Positions 39,901-52,267 of a DNA stretch of 64,000 bases are shown here, piece after piece; the stretch's first letter is position 1; every line of letters starts with the position of its first letter. Location of the stretch: positions 806,001-870,000 of the forward strand of contig RSEE01000005.1 in assembly GCA_003971905.1 (NCBI GenBank), written 5' to 3'. A model generated the notes under the pieces. The model worked only from the letters and a program-made list of their open reading frames with translations. It was not told the origin of the DNA and did no database searches. Position numbers and translations under genes: made by a program. Source of the stretch: Moniliella sp. 'wahieum' (Eukaryota).

Positions 39901-40251
39901 CGCCGTTGCAACGATTGCATCGGCAGCTGCTGTGGCGGTCGATTTCAACTGTGAACGGACTTCTCATAACTGCCTCTCGCTCTTCGTCGGACCTGTCAAG
40001 TGTATCAGGGAACGAAGGGTATGCGACGCCGCCTGAGTATGGGTATTGGGGAGGTGGGACATGTAAAGAGACTGGCGGAAGCAATGCCTGGCAACGCAAT
40101 GATTCCTTCTTGGGCACCGATCGGTCAGTGTCCCGTCCGAGGTTGATGAGAGCTTAGCCGATTCAATTTTGGCTCACAGTGCCGCTTACGGGGAGGAGGA
40201 GGGGAGGAGGGTATCGAGTCGAGTGGGGAGGAGTCGATCGGTACGGACGCC

Positions 40252-42500
40252 ATGTCAGACGACTCAGATCCGCCTACGACGTCTGTGCGACCGGATTACA
40301 TCCCACCAGCCACTCAAGGCATCGCAAGTGCAGCTGACTGACGAGCAATGCCGTGAAGACCTCAAGCTGATCCATACTGCCTTGAACCTTTTCCTTGACT
40401 CCCGCATTGCTTGAGGCCGAGGAGTTGTGTTTGGCCAATGCCGGTACTCGCTTGTACTGCGCAGCGGGGATGGGACTGATCAACTTTTTCAAGTCCTTTC
40501 TGACGTTTGAGTTGGCCGACATCCAAACGGCCATCCATTGTTGCCAAGCACACCCGTTCTGTTGCCTCGCTCTTGCGCAAAAAGCAAGGTCCGGTGGGCA
40601 AGTGGATTCATAGCAAGGGGGCTTTTACCGATCCATGACTCTCGTTCAACTCCACGCTGAGCTCAACTTTGTCGAGAACACGTTGAGGTCTGCCTGCTGC
40701 GCATGGCCAAGGCACGTGGAGGCAGCCGGTGGTGAAGCACGCGCTTGCCTCCGTGCAGCCTATGTCATTCTACAAGATCTGATGAACCTGATTGAAACCA
40801 CCGACGCGCGCGCCGAGCACGAAGCCATCACAGGCAAGAAACGTTATCGAAACTCCCCGTGCTGGACCAGCACTTTCGTAGCGGCGTGTACTTTTCCTAT
40901 CCGCCTGCGTCCTCGTCCTTCCTTCCTCCCAGGCCGCGCCACAAGGTGTTGGAAGGGCTGGGCTACATTGGGACCGGCAGTTTGCTTCAGGTGCTGCAGC
41001 GTGCGGCGGTTGGTCAAAGACAAGCCGTATCCAGCCCTGTCGGCCCAAGAGGAAGGGGTGCGCCGACCGCTGTGGTGATATCGCGCTGATCTGCTACCAC
41101 ATTGTCTCCCAACGTTTGTGCCAGTGTTGATCGACATTGAGTTTGCGGACAAGGTTTGCAATGGAACTTGCGTCATTTCCGCACGGCATCTTCTTTCTTT
41201 ACTTTCAAGTCGGCTGTTTTGCTGCTCAAGCGCTGCCTGAAAAGGCAATCGAGTACTATCGCACCTCGATCGAGGCGCGGGAGCTTTAAACAGTTGGACC
41301 ACATCTCCTTTATCGATCTGCTCTCACGTACCTTTCGACGTGCGACTTTGCACGCGCATACGAGTGCTTTGACGTACTGTCGCGCGAGAGCAACTGGAGC
41401 CGAGCCATCTACCAGTATGCCCGTGCCGTCTGCCTCGTCGAGAGCGGTCTGGACGGCCAGCAGTCCAGCGCAACGATATGCAGACCGTCGCTGGGCTGAA
41501 CGCAAGGTGGCTGGGGCCACCATCCCGTTGGAACAGTTTGTGACAAACGAGCCATGGCGTTTGTGGCGCAGGGCCGTTTGCCGCTGGGGATCGAGTTTAG
41601 TTATCTTTGGCACTGCATGTCCCAAACGCCCATCTTTCTCCTCCTCGATACCACCCTTACCCGCATCGATACGTTCATCGACGATCTTGAGCGCTACTCT
41701 GACGTGTCGACGTATGGGACGGGAGAGAGCGAGTATTGGGCAGCTTACTGTGTTTCCTTCTTTCTGCGTGGCGTAGCATTGCGGTACGTTGCCTTCCCTG
41801 ATGAGTGTACCGTCGTCCGAGCCCCTCCGGAGGAACTGATGGAGCGGCCGAGCGAGGTGGCGCAAGATGCGTTGCTCAGTTTCCACAAGGTCCTTCAGCA
41901 GGGCCACCACCTCGACCGGAACAACAACTGGGTCGTCTACTTTGCCCACTACGAACTTGGTCGACTGCTGGAATGCATGGGACACCGCGACGCGGCCCGA
42001 TGCGAGCTGGAACTGGTCCTGTCGGGTCGTCCGCTGCCCCAGCTGGGCCAAGCGTACGTCCAAGAGGGCCCGATGGCGTCGCCACCCCGCAAGCCCAAGC
42101 CCAGCGCCGGCCATGCTCACTACCTGCTGAAACACATGTGCCTCCTTCGTACCCGAGCGGCGATGGACATCATGATGCGTACCCGTCAAGCGCACGCCAC
42201 ATCCTCAAGCCAACCGCTAACGCAAAGGGCGCTGTTGCGCCCGCCACGGATTGTGAGGCCGGCCGAGGGGTCGGAAGCTTCGGTATCGGTGGATCAGACC
42301 TCGGTTTCGGGCAAGTCGTCTTTCTTTGCTGCCGCCGGGCCCGGGGCGACCTTATCCCAAGTGTTGGCCACCTCGTCTGGCCGCCTACCCACCCCAACGA
42401 CGGATTCCGTGTCGGAGCTCGGCTCCTCTCTCTTTCCCAGCTCGCCCAACTCGTCAGTACGGACTTTGCCTCGCGTCGGAATACGGTGCGGCCCGTGTAG
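40252..42500 (+). CDS. Iml2/TTC39 family TPR-like protein
   Basis: ALNLFLDSRI.EAEELC, FLTFELADIQTAI, MTLVQLHAEL, LDQHFRSGVY, RKVAGATIPLEQFV, YFAHYELGRLL. Confidence 0.85.
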
Positions 42501-43241
42501 TACGCCAGTCTTTGTCATCTTGGTACCGTTTTCCTACTTTGTGCGGTGCCCCCCCTCCCCCACTGCCTTTCCCTGGCATTTTGACCCTCGTAAAACCCTC
42601 TCCCGTTTCTTCCTGCCGCTCGCCCTCAATCGCTTGGGTTCGGATTTGTTGTTTCATGTTATCGCTCTCTCCACCTTTTCTGGGCCACTTGGTTCCCCCT
42701 CCCCCGTCGTTTGGTGCCACAACAGCCATCACCTACCTCTTTCCATACCCCTCCAACCGGTTTCTTCCTTCGTAGTGTCAAACACATCGCCTCCTATCTA
42801 TGTAGAGAGAAAAGGGAGCGCGCCAGTCGCTAGGATCGTCACAGCATATCAATCATCGCACACCAGCTTCAACCACACCGCAATGCCAAGTAGGAAACAG
42901 ACGAAACCAATTAGAGGGACAACGGCACAAGCCAAGTCGATCGAAGGGAGCGGCAGCTTACAGCCAGCTTGCACGGGGTCATCGGCGAACAACACCGCGT
43001 TCCCAGTTCCCACGTCGACAGCAAGAGCGGTCACGGAAACAAAAAATGTGCCTAGAATGCATCCCGTGTGGGGTCCAAGTAGGAATGAAAAGGTTTGTGT
43101 TGACCGGGAGAGGGCGCACTGGGCCCGACGGGGGTCCAGCAGCGGCGTAGGGGTTCTGTGTAGACCGCGCCAGAAAAGAGTTGGGTGCCCTGGGAAGCGG
43201 AGTGCACCCCGGCCGTTCTCCACGCCTGCGTGTGCTGTGGG

Positions 43242-45926
43242 CTAATAACAACGCACCAGTCGTCGAAGTGGCCTTCTGGGGAGGCAGGTGCGCTTGCCCC
43301 GGAGATAGGGATGTGGCAGTCTGGAACGGGTAGGATCCCATGCTGCCCGAATGCGGAGCGGGCGTAGAGGAGGCCGAGGGCGAGCCAAAGGGGTACCGGG
43401 GCTGAGTCCGCGACGGAAGGGGTTTGTGTCTCGTTTTCCGGGCTGAGACGTGACAGATCCGCCATAACTGTGAGCGCCTGTCCTGGCGGCAGTGGGGGCG
43501 TGAGGGTCTCTTCGGGATGTAGTGGGGATGATGGGAAGGAGTGAAAAGGAGGTACAGGCGATTGGTGCCCCAATGAGGCGGAGAACGGTGTTTGGTCGAC
43601 GCTCAACCGAAAATAGGAAGGAATGTCCTCGCTTCGCCTGACAGGAGGCGGCGATGGGGTAGATGTGCTCCCCCTGTGGCGGGGCTGTGTTGGTTTCCGT
43701 GCTTGACAAAGGTGCGTCGTTCGCGGGACTCATACTCTGCCTCATACGATTAGAATCGATGGGCACGTCGTTGGTGGCGAGCGAAGGTCCCAAAGCAGAA
43801 GCCGACGTTGGCGCAGTCCCGGTCGCGGATTCCGTTGAGCGCGCATCGCCCCAAAGGGAGAGTGACGCGAATGGGTCAATCATTTGTTCTTTAACCACTT
43901 CAGGGGGGGGACGCTTCGTCTCTTGCAATTGGACTAGTGTGGGTACTAACGGTGGGGCGGGGTCCTTTCCCTTAAACGCACCCTTGGCAGGTGGCACTAA
44001 AGGGACTGCGCCAGGAGGAACATCGCCGTCTGGAGTGACGGTGGAGGTGATCCCAGTCATATTTGACGCCGCGCCAGACGGGTGCACCCGTATCACTGGT
44101 GGCGCCAGCACGGTAGGGAGTAAGGCCTCGGGTTCCCCTGATGTAGAGGGCTCCGTAAACGGAAGTGTGGCGCGTGTTGCTTCCTCTGTCGTTTTGAAAG
44201 ACGAGGGACCGCTACAACGCTAGGCTGACCACCCGCGACATCGGGAGGCCGTTGGGTTTCCGCTTCATGAGTGGGGGGTGTAAGTACTGTACCCACCTCG
44301 CTGGCACCTTTTGGGGGCGAGAGCGAGATCGCAGGTACGGCTGGGGCATCAGGAGAGGCATCACGAGGGGGAGTAGACCGATTTGCTACAGGAGTTGGCG
44401 TAGGCATAACGGGAGAAGAATGAGCGGGTACGGTGCGATCGGCGGTGACAGCATCTGTTTGGACGAGACCATGTACTGGGTCGGCGTCATCAGCGAGCCC
44501 TGCCGGAAGGGGCGAAGTGGCCTGCTTCGTCAGATCAATCCGAGAAGGTGGAGGCCCGAACGGGCTAGGCGCATTTAACTCTAGAGGTGCATCGACAAGC
44601 TTACTGGCAGGAGCACAGGACCCTTGAAGTGGCTCTGTGGCTTGAAGCGAGTTGTTGGCTTCGGGGGCTTCGGGGGCTTCGGGGGCTTCGGAGGTTTGAG
44701 AGAGTGGGACGGCTTCTTGGATCGGGTTGGGCCCAGATTCGGACACGGACCTGGTTGGATTTGAGTTGAGCATCGAAGAGGGCGCCGCCTCCGGGGTCAG
44801 GGGCAGGGGAGGGGCACGAGGGACGCTCGTCTGTTCAGTAACCGGCCTGGTGGCAAAGTCTTCTGTGGTGCTGGAGATCAATTGACTAAGCGGGACATCC
44901 TCCTGTTCATCCACGGAAGGCAGGATGGGCGCGTGCCCAGCCCCGTCTTGGGTCAAACTCCGGTTCTGGGTAGATGAGTTGCCACGCTCATGTGGGCTCT
45001 GCTTTGAGGCCTGTTCCTGTGCCCTCCTTTTTCTTCTTGCTCATGCTCCACCAAGGACTGGCGAATCGCTTCCATGAGCATTGCTTGTTCCAACTGACCG
45101 TTTGCCAGCACCGCACCTTGCGCCTCTGACCTGCCTCGACCACGAGAAGAGGTGGCAGGCAGTACGATCGCCCCGCCCGTCTCGGAGCCTGGAAGAGAGG
45201 CACCGACGCGAGAGGAGCTTACGCCAACGGGCACAAGGCGTCCCCCGACATTGCGCATGATAATTCGTCTGTTGGCCGTGCGAGCTTGAGCGGCCTTGGC
45301 TGCATCGAGTAGCGCTTCCCATGCCGGTCGGATCTCGTCAACAGTAACTACATGAGGATTTGCCGTGTCGACGCCACGCTGCGAGGCATCGGTTTGGGCG
45401 TCATCTGCCTCAGGTGATGCAGAGGGAGGCGCATCGATGGGGACTTGTTCAAGCAGCGCGCGAGGAGCGTTGTAGACAATACCAAAATCGGTCGTCATAC
45501 AAAATGGGCAAGTTGCTGGTGGGCTCTCGGGGGGGTTGGAGAGGAGCGGGTCTGGACGACGGGATTGCACAAAGCATTCGGTGCAGATGGGCTGTCCGCA
45601 GCAGCGCGTGTGATTGAGTGGAGACGGGTAGACCAGAAAGCAGATGGGGCACTCGGTCGGTTTCACCCGGCCACCAAAGCAGCCCTGCAGCTCCTCTTCG
45701 TCGTCAACGCCGCGATAAAAGGGAGCAAGGCGGCGGGAGCAGATGAGGGTCTTGACGATGTCGTGTGCGTAGTCCTGTGCTGTGCTGGCGTATACACCCG
45801 TCGGCACCAAGGATCCCGAATCGAAGCTGGCTGGCCAGGCGGGCGAGAGCGACGGCGGTGATGGGCGGTGTGGTGGGAAAACGATCCAGGAGCGTCGCTG
45901 GTCTCGCGGCCGTTGGCCTGGCCCAT
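43242..45926 (-). CDS. SIP5: Sip5-like RING protein with long low-complexity C-terminus
   Basis: MG start; DSGSLVPTGVY...DY..DIVKTLI..RRLAPFYRG...ECPICFLVYP..LNHTRCCGQPICTECFVQ...PATCPFC; UIM-like LEQAMLMEAIRQSL. Confidence 0.88.
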
Positions 45927-47053
45927 GGCGGGTGGTGGGGAAAAGGAGGAGGCGGTGGAGGTGGGATGCGATTGATGGGCAACAGGGAGCCAAGCGGGGT
46001 GGCGTGCTGCTGCGACACTGGCGCTGTGCGGGCAGGGACGCCACCTTTACGTGCTGCTCGGGCTGAGTGGCTCAGCGTTTTTTGCTCAGCGCTGAGGCTG
46101 AGCAGAATGGGCGACAGCCTGCGATAGCCGAAGATGCTTTTGAATCCATCGCACGCCTGACGCTTTTTGTAGCCGAGGATGTATCATGCCGATGAGACTC
46201 TCGAACGCACCGATCATCTATCTGATCAAACGTCTTCAAGCTGTTCGGTCACTGCACCTACTTTCGTGAGTCGAATGCACAGAGAGATAGACGGGAGCAG
46301 AGATGTGGATATTGGATGTGCTTCTGTAGCGTCCACTGCACTCTCCCATTGGCCTCCTCCAGGCTCCATGAGATGTAGGCTGGACACATCCACATCCGCC
46401 CATCATATCTGGACGAGCCACCTTCGGCTATATCCAGCGCCGCACTGGCCATCTGTGCATCACCGCCACTATCTGTCTGTGTGCATAAATAGCAGCCGAG
46501 ACTCAGCGCTCACCGTGAGCAGCAGTGATTTTGCTTTCAATTGGTGCAACCTTAGGCCTTACCCCGACCAACGTGGGCTCCCCCCCACCTCACGCCACTC
46601 CCGGTTCGCAGCCTTGCGCATCTGTCCGGCTCAACACTCATGCCTGTTCATGGTTTCGTTGGATCCGGGGAAGAGGCTGGGGGCTGTCCAAGAGCATTTC
46701 ACAGAAGACGGGGATATATGCGCTAGCGAGTGGATTGCAATGGAATCTGGCGGTCGTCGGATGAACGGTGATCATCGATCAGCAGGGGGAGTAGCTGCTG
46801 TAGGGTTGGTGTCGGGCATTGCATCTGTGTAGAATGCGGGAACCCAAGCACCCGCAATGAGGCCAATGAGGGGAGGGTGTACCCACTGCCGGTTTCCGCC
46901 GTGGAGCAACAGTGGCTGTGATGGCTTAGGGGGCCTCGAGGTGGCCATGCTGCCTACTTTAAACCTCTTCAAGATTCAGCCTCTGCCCCTCTGCCCAGCC
47001 CGCCACCCGCTCCCGTTACCACCGTGCCAGCCCCCCCCCCCACGGCGCACACG

Positions 47054-47702
47054 ATGCCGATGGGTCGGCCGTTCCAAGCGCGCGCACGCCGAGGTAGAGG
47101 TACAGGACGAAGGCATGGACCTCGGCGACGCACCCACGCCCAAACGCTTTCATGCCCCCCCCTCTGTTCCCCCACCCCCATCCACTCGCCCACCATCCCG
47201 CCTCTTCCGTCGAGCCTGGATCTCCTCCCTAGTGTTCCTCGTCTTGCTCAATCCAGCCCAAGCAGGCCGGCCTCTGACCCCTTTGCCCGCCCCGCCCTCA
47301 GCCTTGGCCTCACCACGCCCTCCCCTTCCCGCCCCCCCTCCCTCGCTCTGCCTGAGTTAGGATTGCAATTCGGCTCCGGCTGCCCCTTCCCTCCTTCAGA
47401 TCAAGAGGTGCAGCGTTGTCCACCACGAGGAATGGAGGAGGCAATGATGGAGCTGGAGCGAAGTGTGCCTCCGGCTCCTGCTTCGTCCCCTGTCTTGGGT
47501 GCCAATCTGCCTCCCATCCCTCCCCTTCTCTCTCTCCATCCTCATCCTCATCCTCGGGGCACGCCCAAAGTTACACTGGGCTTCGTTTCGGGCTGCCCAT
47601 TGTGCCTTGCCCACAGTATGTATCGTGCATTCCTACGACCAAGAGTTGCAGCTAACCTGGCCCTCAGAGCCGGAACACCTTATGCATGTGACCTACGAGT
47701 AA
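47054..47702 (+). CDS. Conserved-looking fungal hypothetical protein with C-terminal CxxC...HxxH motif
   Basis: KRAHAEVE...TPKRFH near the N-terminus. KVTLGFVSGCPLCLAH, then an intron (gtatgt...ctaac...cag), then EPEHLMHVTYE and stop. Confidence 0.6.
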
Positions 47703-48758
47703 ATGAGGGGCGGTCCCGCACCGGTTACCCCAGTTTCATCTTGGGCTCGTTTCTTCTTCTTCTGTCTCGCCTTCTGTCTTTCTACACGTTTGTATCTACC
47801 ACCATCGACCAACGCCATTTGCTTACCAGGAATCGTGTCGATCGTGAACTCGTCAGCAGTAAGTGGATGGATACAGATGATTATAGAGAAAAGTTGAGCG
47901 CGGCACAGTCACCGACCATGGGGTGGGGTGGCAAGGAAGGAAAAGACCAGGCCCTCCCTCTCTTCCCTCCTGGGTGCATCCAGTTCATCTGCCGAAAGAA
48001 TGAGAGAGCTGCAGTGGGTGGTAGAACCGTACAGACCAGATGTTCTCGGCTGCCCAGGCTGTGTGGTAGGCAGAGCCCAACAAGGAGTAGCTCCCCCTGA
48101 GCAATTCGCGCCTTCCATGCCGAGTACTAAGCACGCACACCCAGCAGTATTCGTCAAGTTCAACGTTGAACGCGCGCTACGTTCGTTCCCCGTTTGACCC
48201 CGCCGGGCGCTGACTCTTGAGCATGCTGAGTCGGACTGAATGGAATGGCGCACATCGCCTGCGTCGAAAGAGTATGCATGTCAACTACAGCACATCGCGT
48301 ATGCGCACAGTGACAGGGGGAAATGGCGCTCCATGGAAAGGGTGCGAGGGGAGGTGGTGGAGCACTGGGACGCTGCTGCTGTTGGGACACGAATGGAGGA
48401 GGGGTGGGTGGGGGGCCAGGGGACTCGACCAATGCATCACGTGAAGTCGGGAAGCTTGGATCCACCGATTCCGCCCGTGTCTTGTAAACGCCGCATGCGG
48501 AATTAAGCCCGGGTATGCGAAGTGCATCAGGCCCCAGGGCTGGGCGCAGACTGGCGCTGTGCCTAGCGCGGTGCCGCCAGGGCCACCCGCTAAGTTTGGC
48601 TCTTGTCTCAGTCCCAGGCGGCGGTATTGGGAGGGAAGGTGAGCCCGATGGCTCTGGCGCTCTGGCGCTCAGGCATGTCCCGGCTCAGTCCGAGCACGAG
48701 GTGGTAAACCCAACTTCTTCCTCCCGGCCCCACCACCTCCTCCGCCCCTCTGCCTGCC

Positions 48759-49707
48759 ATGGTTAGCATCCTCTCTGTGCGTGCTCTGCTTTCGGCTCCG
48801 CGCCTCGCCCGCTCCCTCCACGCTACGGCTGCGCCCCAGGCCATCACGAAGATGACCATGCCCGCCATGAGCCCGACCATGACGGAAGGCGGGCTGGCTG
48901 AGTGGAAGGTCAAGGAGGGCCAGGCGTTTGCGCAGGGCGATGTGCTGCTGGACATCGAGACGGACAAGGCGACGATGGACGTTGAGGCCCCTGACGACGG
49001 TGTTCTGGCCAAGATCTTGGTTCCCAATGGAACCAAGGACGTACCTGTCGGTCAGCTCATTGCACTCCTCGCCGAGGAAGGCGATGATTTGACCAAGATT
49101 GAGATCCCCAAAGACGAGGAAGCGCCTGCCCCCGCACCCTCCTCCGCCCCGGTTTCTGCCCCGGCCTCTCCTCCGTCTTCGCAACCGCCCGCAGCGAAGG
49201 GGGCGCAAGCGCACCCTCCCCCGCCAGATCGGCCTTACCTCCCCTCCGTCGCCCGCCTCTTGGTTGAAAGGAACATCTCGGACCCGTCCCAGATCAAGGG
49301 CACCGGCATCCATGGCATCCTGACCAAGGGGGATGTCCTGGCCTTTTTGGGTGAGGCGTCATCGCCGACGGGGACCTACAAGCCCCCCCAGGGCGGCGTG
49401 GCTACGCTTTACGGCCCTCCTCCTTCGGATGCGAAAACGACTGCGCCGACCAAAGCGGCTGCACCTAAGCCTGCTGAGCCTGTACGTCATCCCCTCTCCT
49501 ATTCTCTTGCTAAGAACTCTGGAGGTACTAATCCGATGCGCATCCACTCAGTTGTCCGGTTCTGCACTGCGCACGCTCATTATTGGGGGGCTGGTCGACG
49601 TGACTCACAAGCAAGCTGCGCCACCCAAGCCCGAGCCGGTCTCGCCGGCTCCCAAGCCGCTGCCACCCAAGCCCACGTTCGAAGATGTGCTGGCTGGCTA
49701 CCTGTGA
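48759..49707 (+). CDS. PDX1: Pyruvate dehydrogenase protein X (E3-binding protein), mitochondrial
   Basis: Presequence; lipoyl domain MPAMSPTMTEG...IETDKATMDVEA; peripheral subunit-binding domain PSVARLL...IKGTGIHGILTKGDVL; no catalytic domain. Intron at about 49482-49550. Confidence 0.9.
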
Positions 49708-49864
49708 ACGATAGGTCACGACGCACTATGCAACACTACAGAAATGCACGTTTATCCTGAACCGATACCATCGATTATGCCCTACTGGACTTGTACCTGC
49801 CTGGGGTGAAATCAATGTAACGATCACCTTGGAGCTTGACCTTGCATAATCTGGGGATCAGAAT

Positions 49865-50842
49865 TTAGTCGGATTCCAATATGATCTCTGAAAACAGCTT
49901 AGGGTCCACATTCGAACCCGAGAGGACGAGAACGGTGGCCTTGCCTTCCTGGTGGGGCACTCGCCCAGCCAAAAGCGCCGCCAGCGGTACCACGCCCCCC
50001 GGCTCGACGACCAATTTGAGGGTGTGAAACGCGTAGCGCACCGCACTCCGCACCTCTTGCTCCGATACGACCAAACCTGCTTTAAAGCTTGTGCAGGATA
50101 GGAAACGTCAGCTCCCCCGGCCGCGGTGCTAGGAGCGCATCGCACAGTCCTGTCGTAGTCGAAGGCGGGTTGACTTGAATGCTGCCCGAGGCCAGGGAAC
50201 GCGCAGTATCGTTGTAGCCTTCGGGTTCAGCAGAAAACAGGACCGCGTCCGGGACCTGATCCTTGATGGCTGTCCCAATGCCAGAGAGCAGTCCTCCGCC
50301 ACTACAGGGTACAACACCGCTGCCGATCTGAGCGGCTTGGTGGGCCGCTTGCCGCACCACCTCGGCGCCCACTGTGCCCTGACCAGCCATGACAAAAGGA
50401 TCGTCAAAGGAAGGTACCAGCACGCCCCCCTCTTGGTCTACAAGAGCCTGAGCGATCGCTTCGCGCGACTCGGTCAGCCGATCGTACAGCACCACGTTGG
50501 CACCATAGCTGCGCGTGCGGGCCACCTTGACCCCCGGGCGTCGGAGCGCATGACAATGGTCGCGTGCAATCCGAGTTGCTCAGCGGCAGCCGCCACACCC
50601 TGGGCATGGTTGCCCGACGAAAACGCAACCACCTTGCCGCCCTCGAGGCGGGACAGACGATTGTAAGCGCCGCGAAACTTGAAGGAGCCCGTGACTTGGG
50701 CGCCTTCAAACTTGAGCAACACCCGGTGCCCCACCCGCGCCGTCAGCGCCGGCGACTCCCACAATGGCGTCTCGACCGCGTGCCCGCGTAGGCGCTCTGC
50801 CGCCTCGTACACGTCGGCTGCACTGATAGCAAGTGGGGTCAT
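49865..50842 (-). CDS. PLP-dependent threonine/serine dehydratase (serine racemase-like, fold type II), apparently intronless
   Basis: QVTGSFKFRGAYN (PLP lysine), FSSGNHAQGVA, AGQGT, SGGGLLSG, KLVVEPGG, LSGSNVD. No regulatory ACT domain. Confidence 0.93.
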
Positions 50843-52267
50843 GAGCAGTGGGAGAAGCCGATCACAGGCGAATGAGGCTGGGCGACGGCTCCGTGCTCCG
50901 CTCCGTCGTGATTAATGATTGCGCTTGCTGCTAGCCAGAGGGATTGCAAGGGCGGAATGACTCGTGTAAATGATTGATGAAATGGCGTCGAGTTCCGCAA
51001 ACCGGGTGGAGGGTGGTGTGACCACGTGACGCAACTGCATAGAACGGAGAGTCAGTGCACCTACCAAAGCAACGGCCTTGCTTGCTCCCTCTTCACAACC
51101 ACCCGTCTCCTTTGGCTTTCATCCTCGTTATGGCACGGATCACACCATGTCCATGGACAGAACTTAGTTCCAGTATTATGGGGATGACTAGTTGGAACGG
51201 CAAGAGGGGCAGATTGTTATTGCCATATAAGGCGGCGGTGGTTGAAGGAGAAGCACAGCAAACGCGACTGCCTCTCACGAGGTTGGCCATCCATGCTCGA
51301 ATCGACTCTTATCGCTCCATATCTCCGCTCAGCGCTTCAGCACTCTATGTTCTGGTTGTGTCTCGGCGGTAGCCCAGCACACGGCGGTCGCTCTAGCCTC
51401 TCCAAGCCAAGCCGTAGTGACATGCACATCGTGTCATGTGGCGGGCACCCCTTCAGAGTGGGGCTTTGGGGGTGGACGAGGTAGTCCTTGACGGGGGGAC
51501 GTGTGGATGCGCAGGCATTGTTATTTTGTTGGAGTGTCCCGGCCGGATAACCAAAAAAGGTGGCCGAAGAGAGGCATTGGTGCGGTGCGTATCCGCCAAA
51601 AAGGGGGCGCGACTGGAAGTGCCAACGGGCGCTTCCCGAGGAGATTGACACGACTGAGCGTAGCGTACTTGCCCCTGGCGGTGGTGGGAGCAGAGGGCGG
51701 ATGGACAGGGAGTGGGGTTACCAGTTACGAGGGGGAGCATCGATGGCGCCACACGTTTTGAAACGATCAACGCTGCTGGTGCGGCCGAGAGGCGGTGGGG
51801 CATATGGCATGTGACATGTGTGACATGTGATGTGGGTGCGTGATGGAGAAGGTGGGACGGGGCAGTGAGCAGGGACCTGTGAGCTGTGAGCGCGTGAACT
51901 GCACTAGGTACTAGGCACTGGGTACTGGCATCGCCAGACAGACAGGCAGCAGGGGGCAGCAGGCGCGGCGGGGGCTGGGTGTGGCTGGTGTGGCCTGGTG
52001 CAGCTGGAGCCGATGCCGGTGCATGAAAGGGCAGTGAGGCGATGATCACACACCACTTGGCGTGTGACGTGTGGCAGTGACATGCGGCATGGCCGCCCGG
52101 CTCCTGTGCCGGTGTCGGCGTGTCAAATTCCTTACCCCCCGCGCGTGCCACCCAAGTCCGACGAGGGCGGCAAAGCGCAGCCACAACGGGGCAGCCCCCC
52201 AGGCACACTGCCCAGGTGCGCCGCCCGGCCGCAAGGCAGGGCACGTATAGACGGCATGCGGTGATGC

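Noticed and set aside
44655..44695. 9-bp tandem repeat (gggggcttc)n
   Set aside because: An ordinary in-frame coding repeat (EAP)n in the disordered Sip5 tail.
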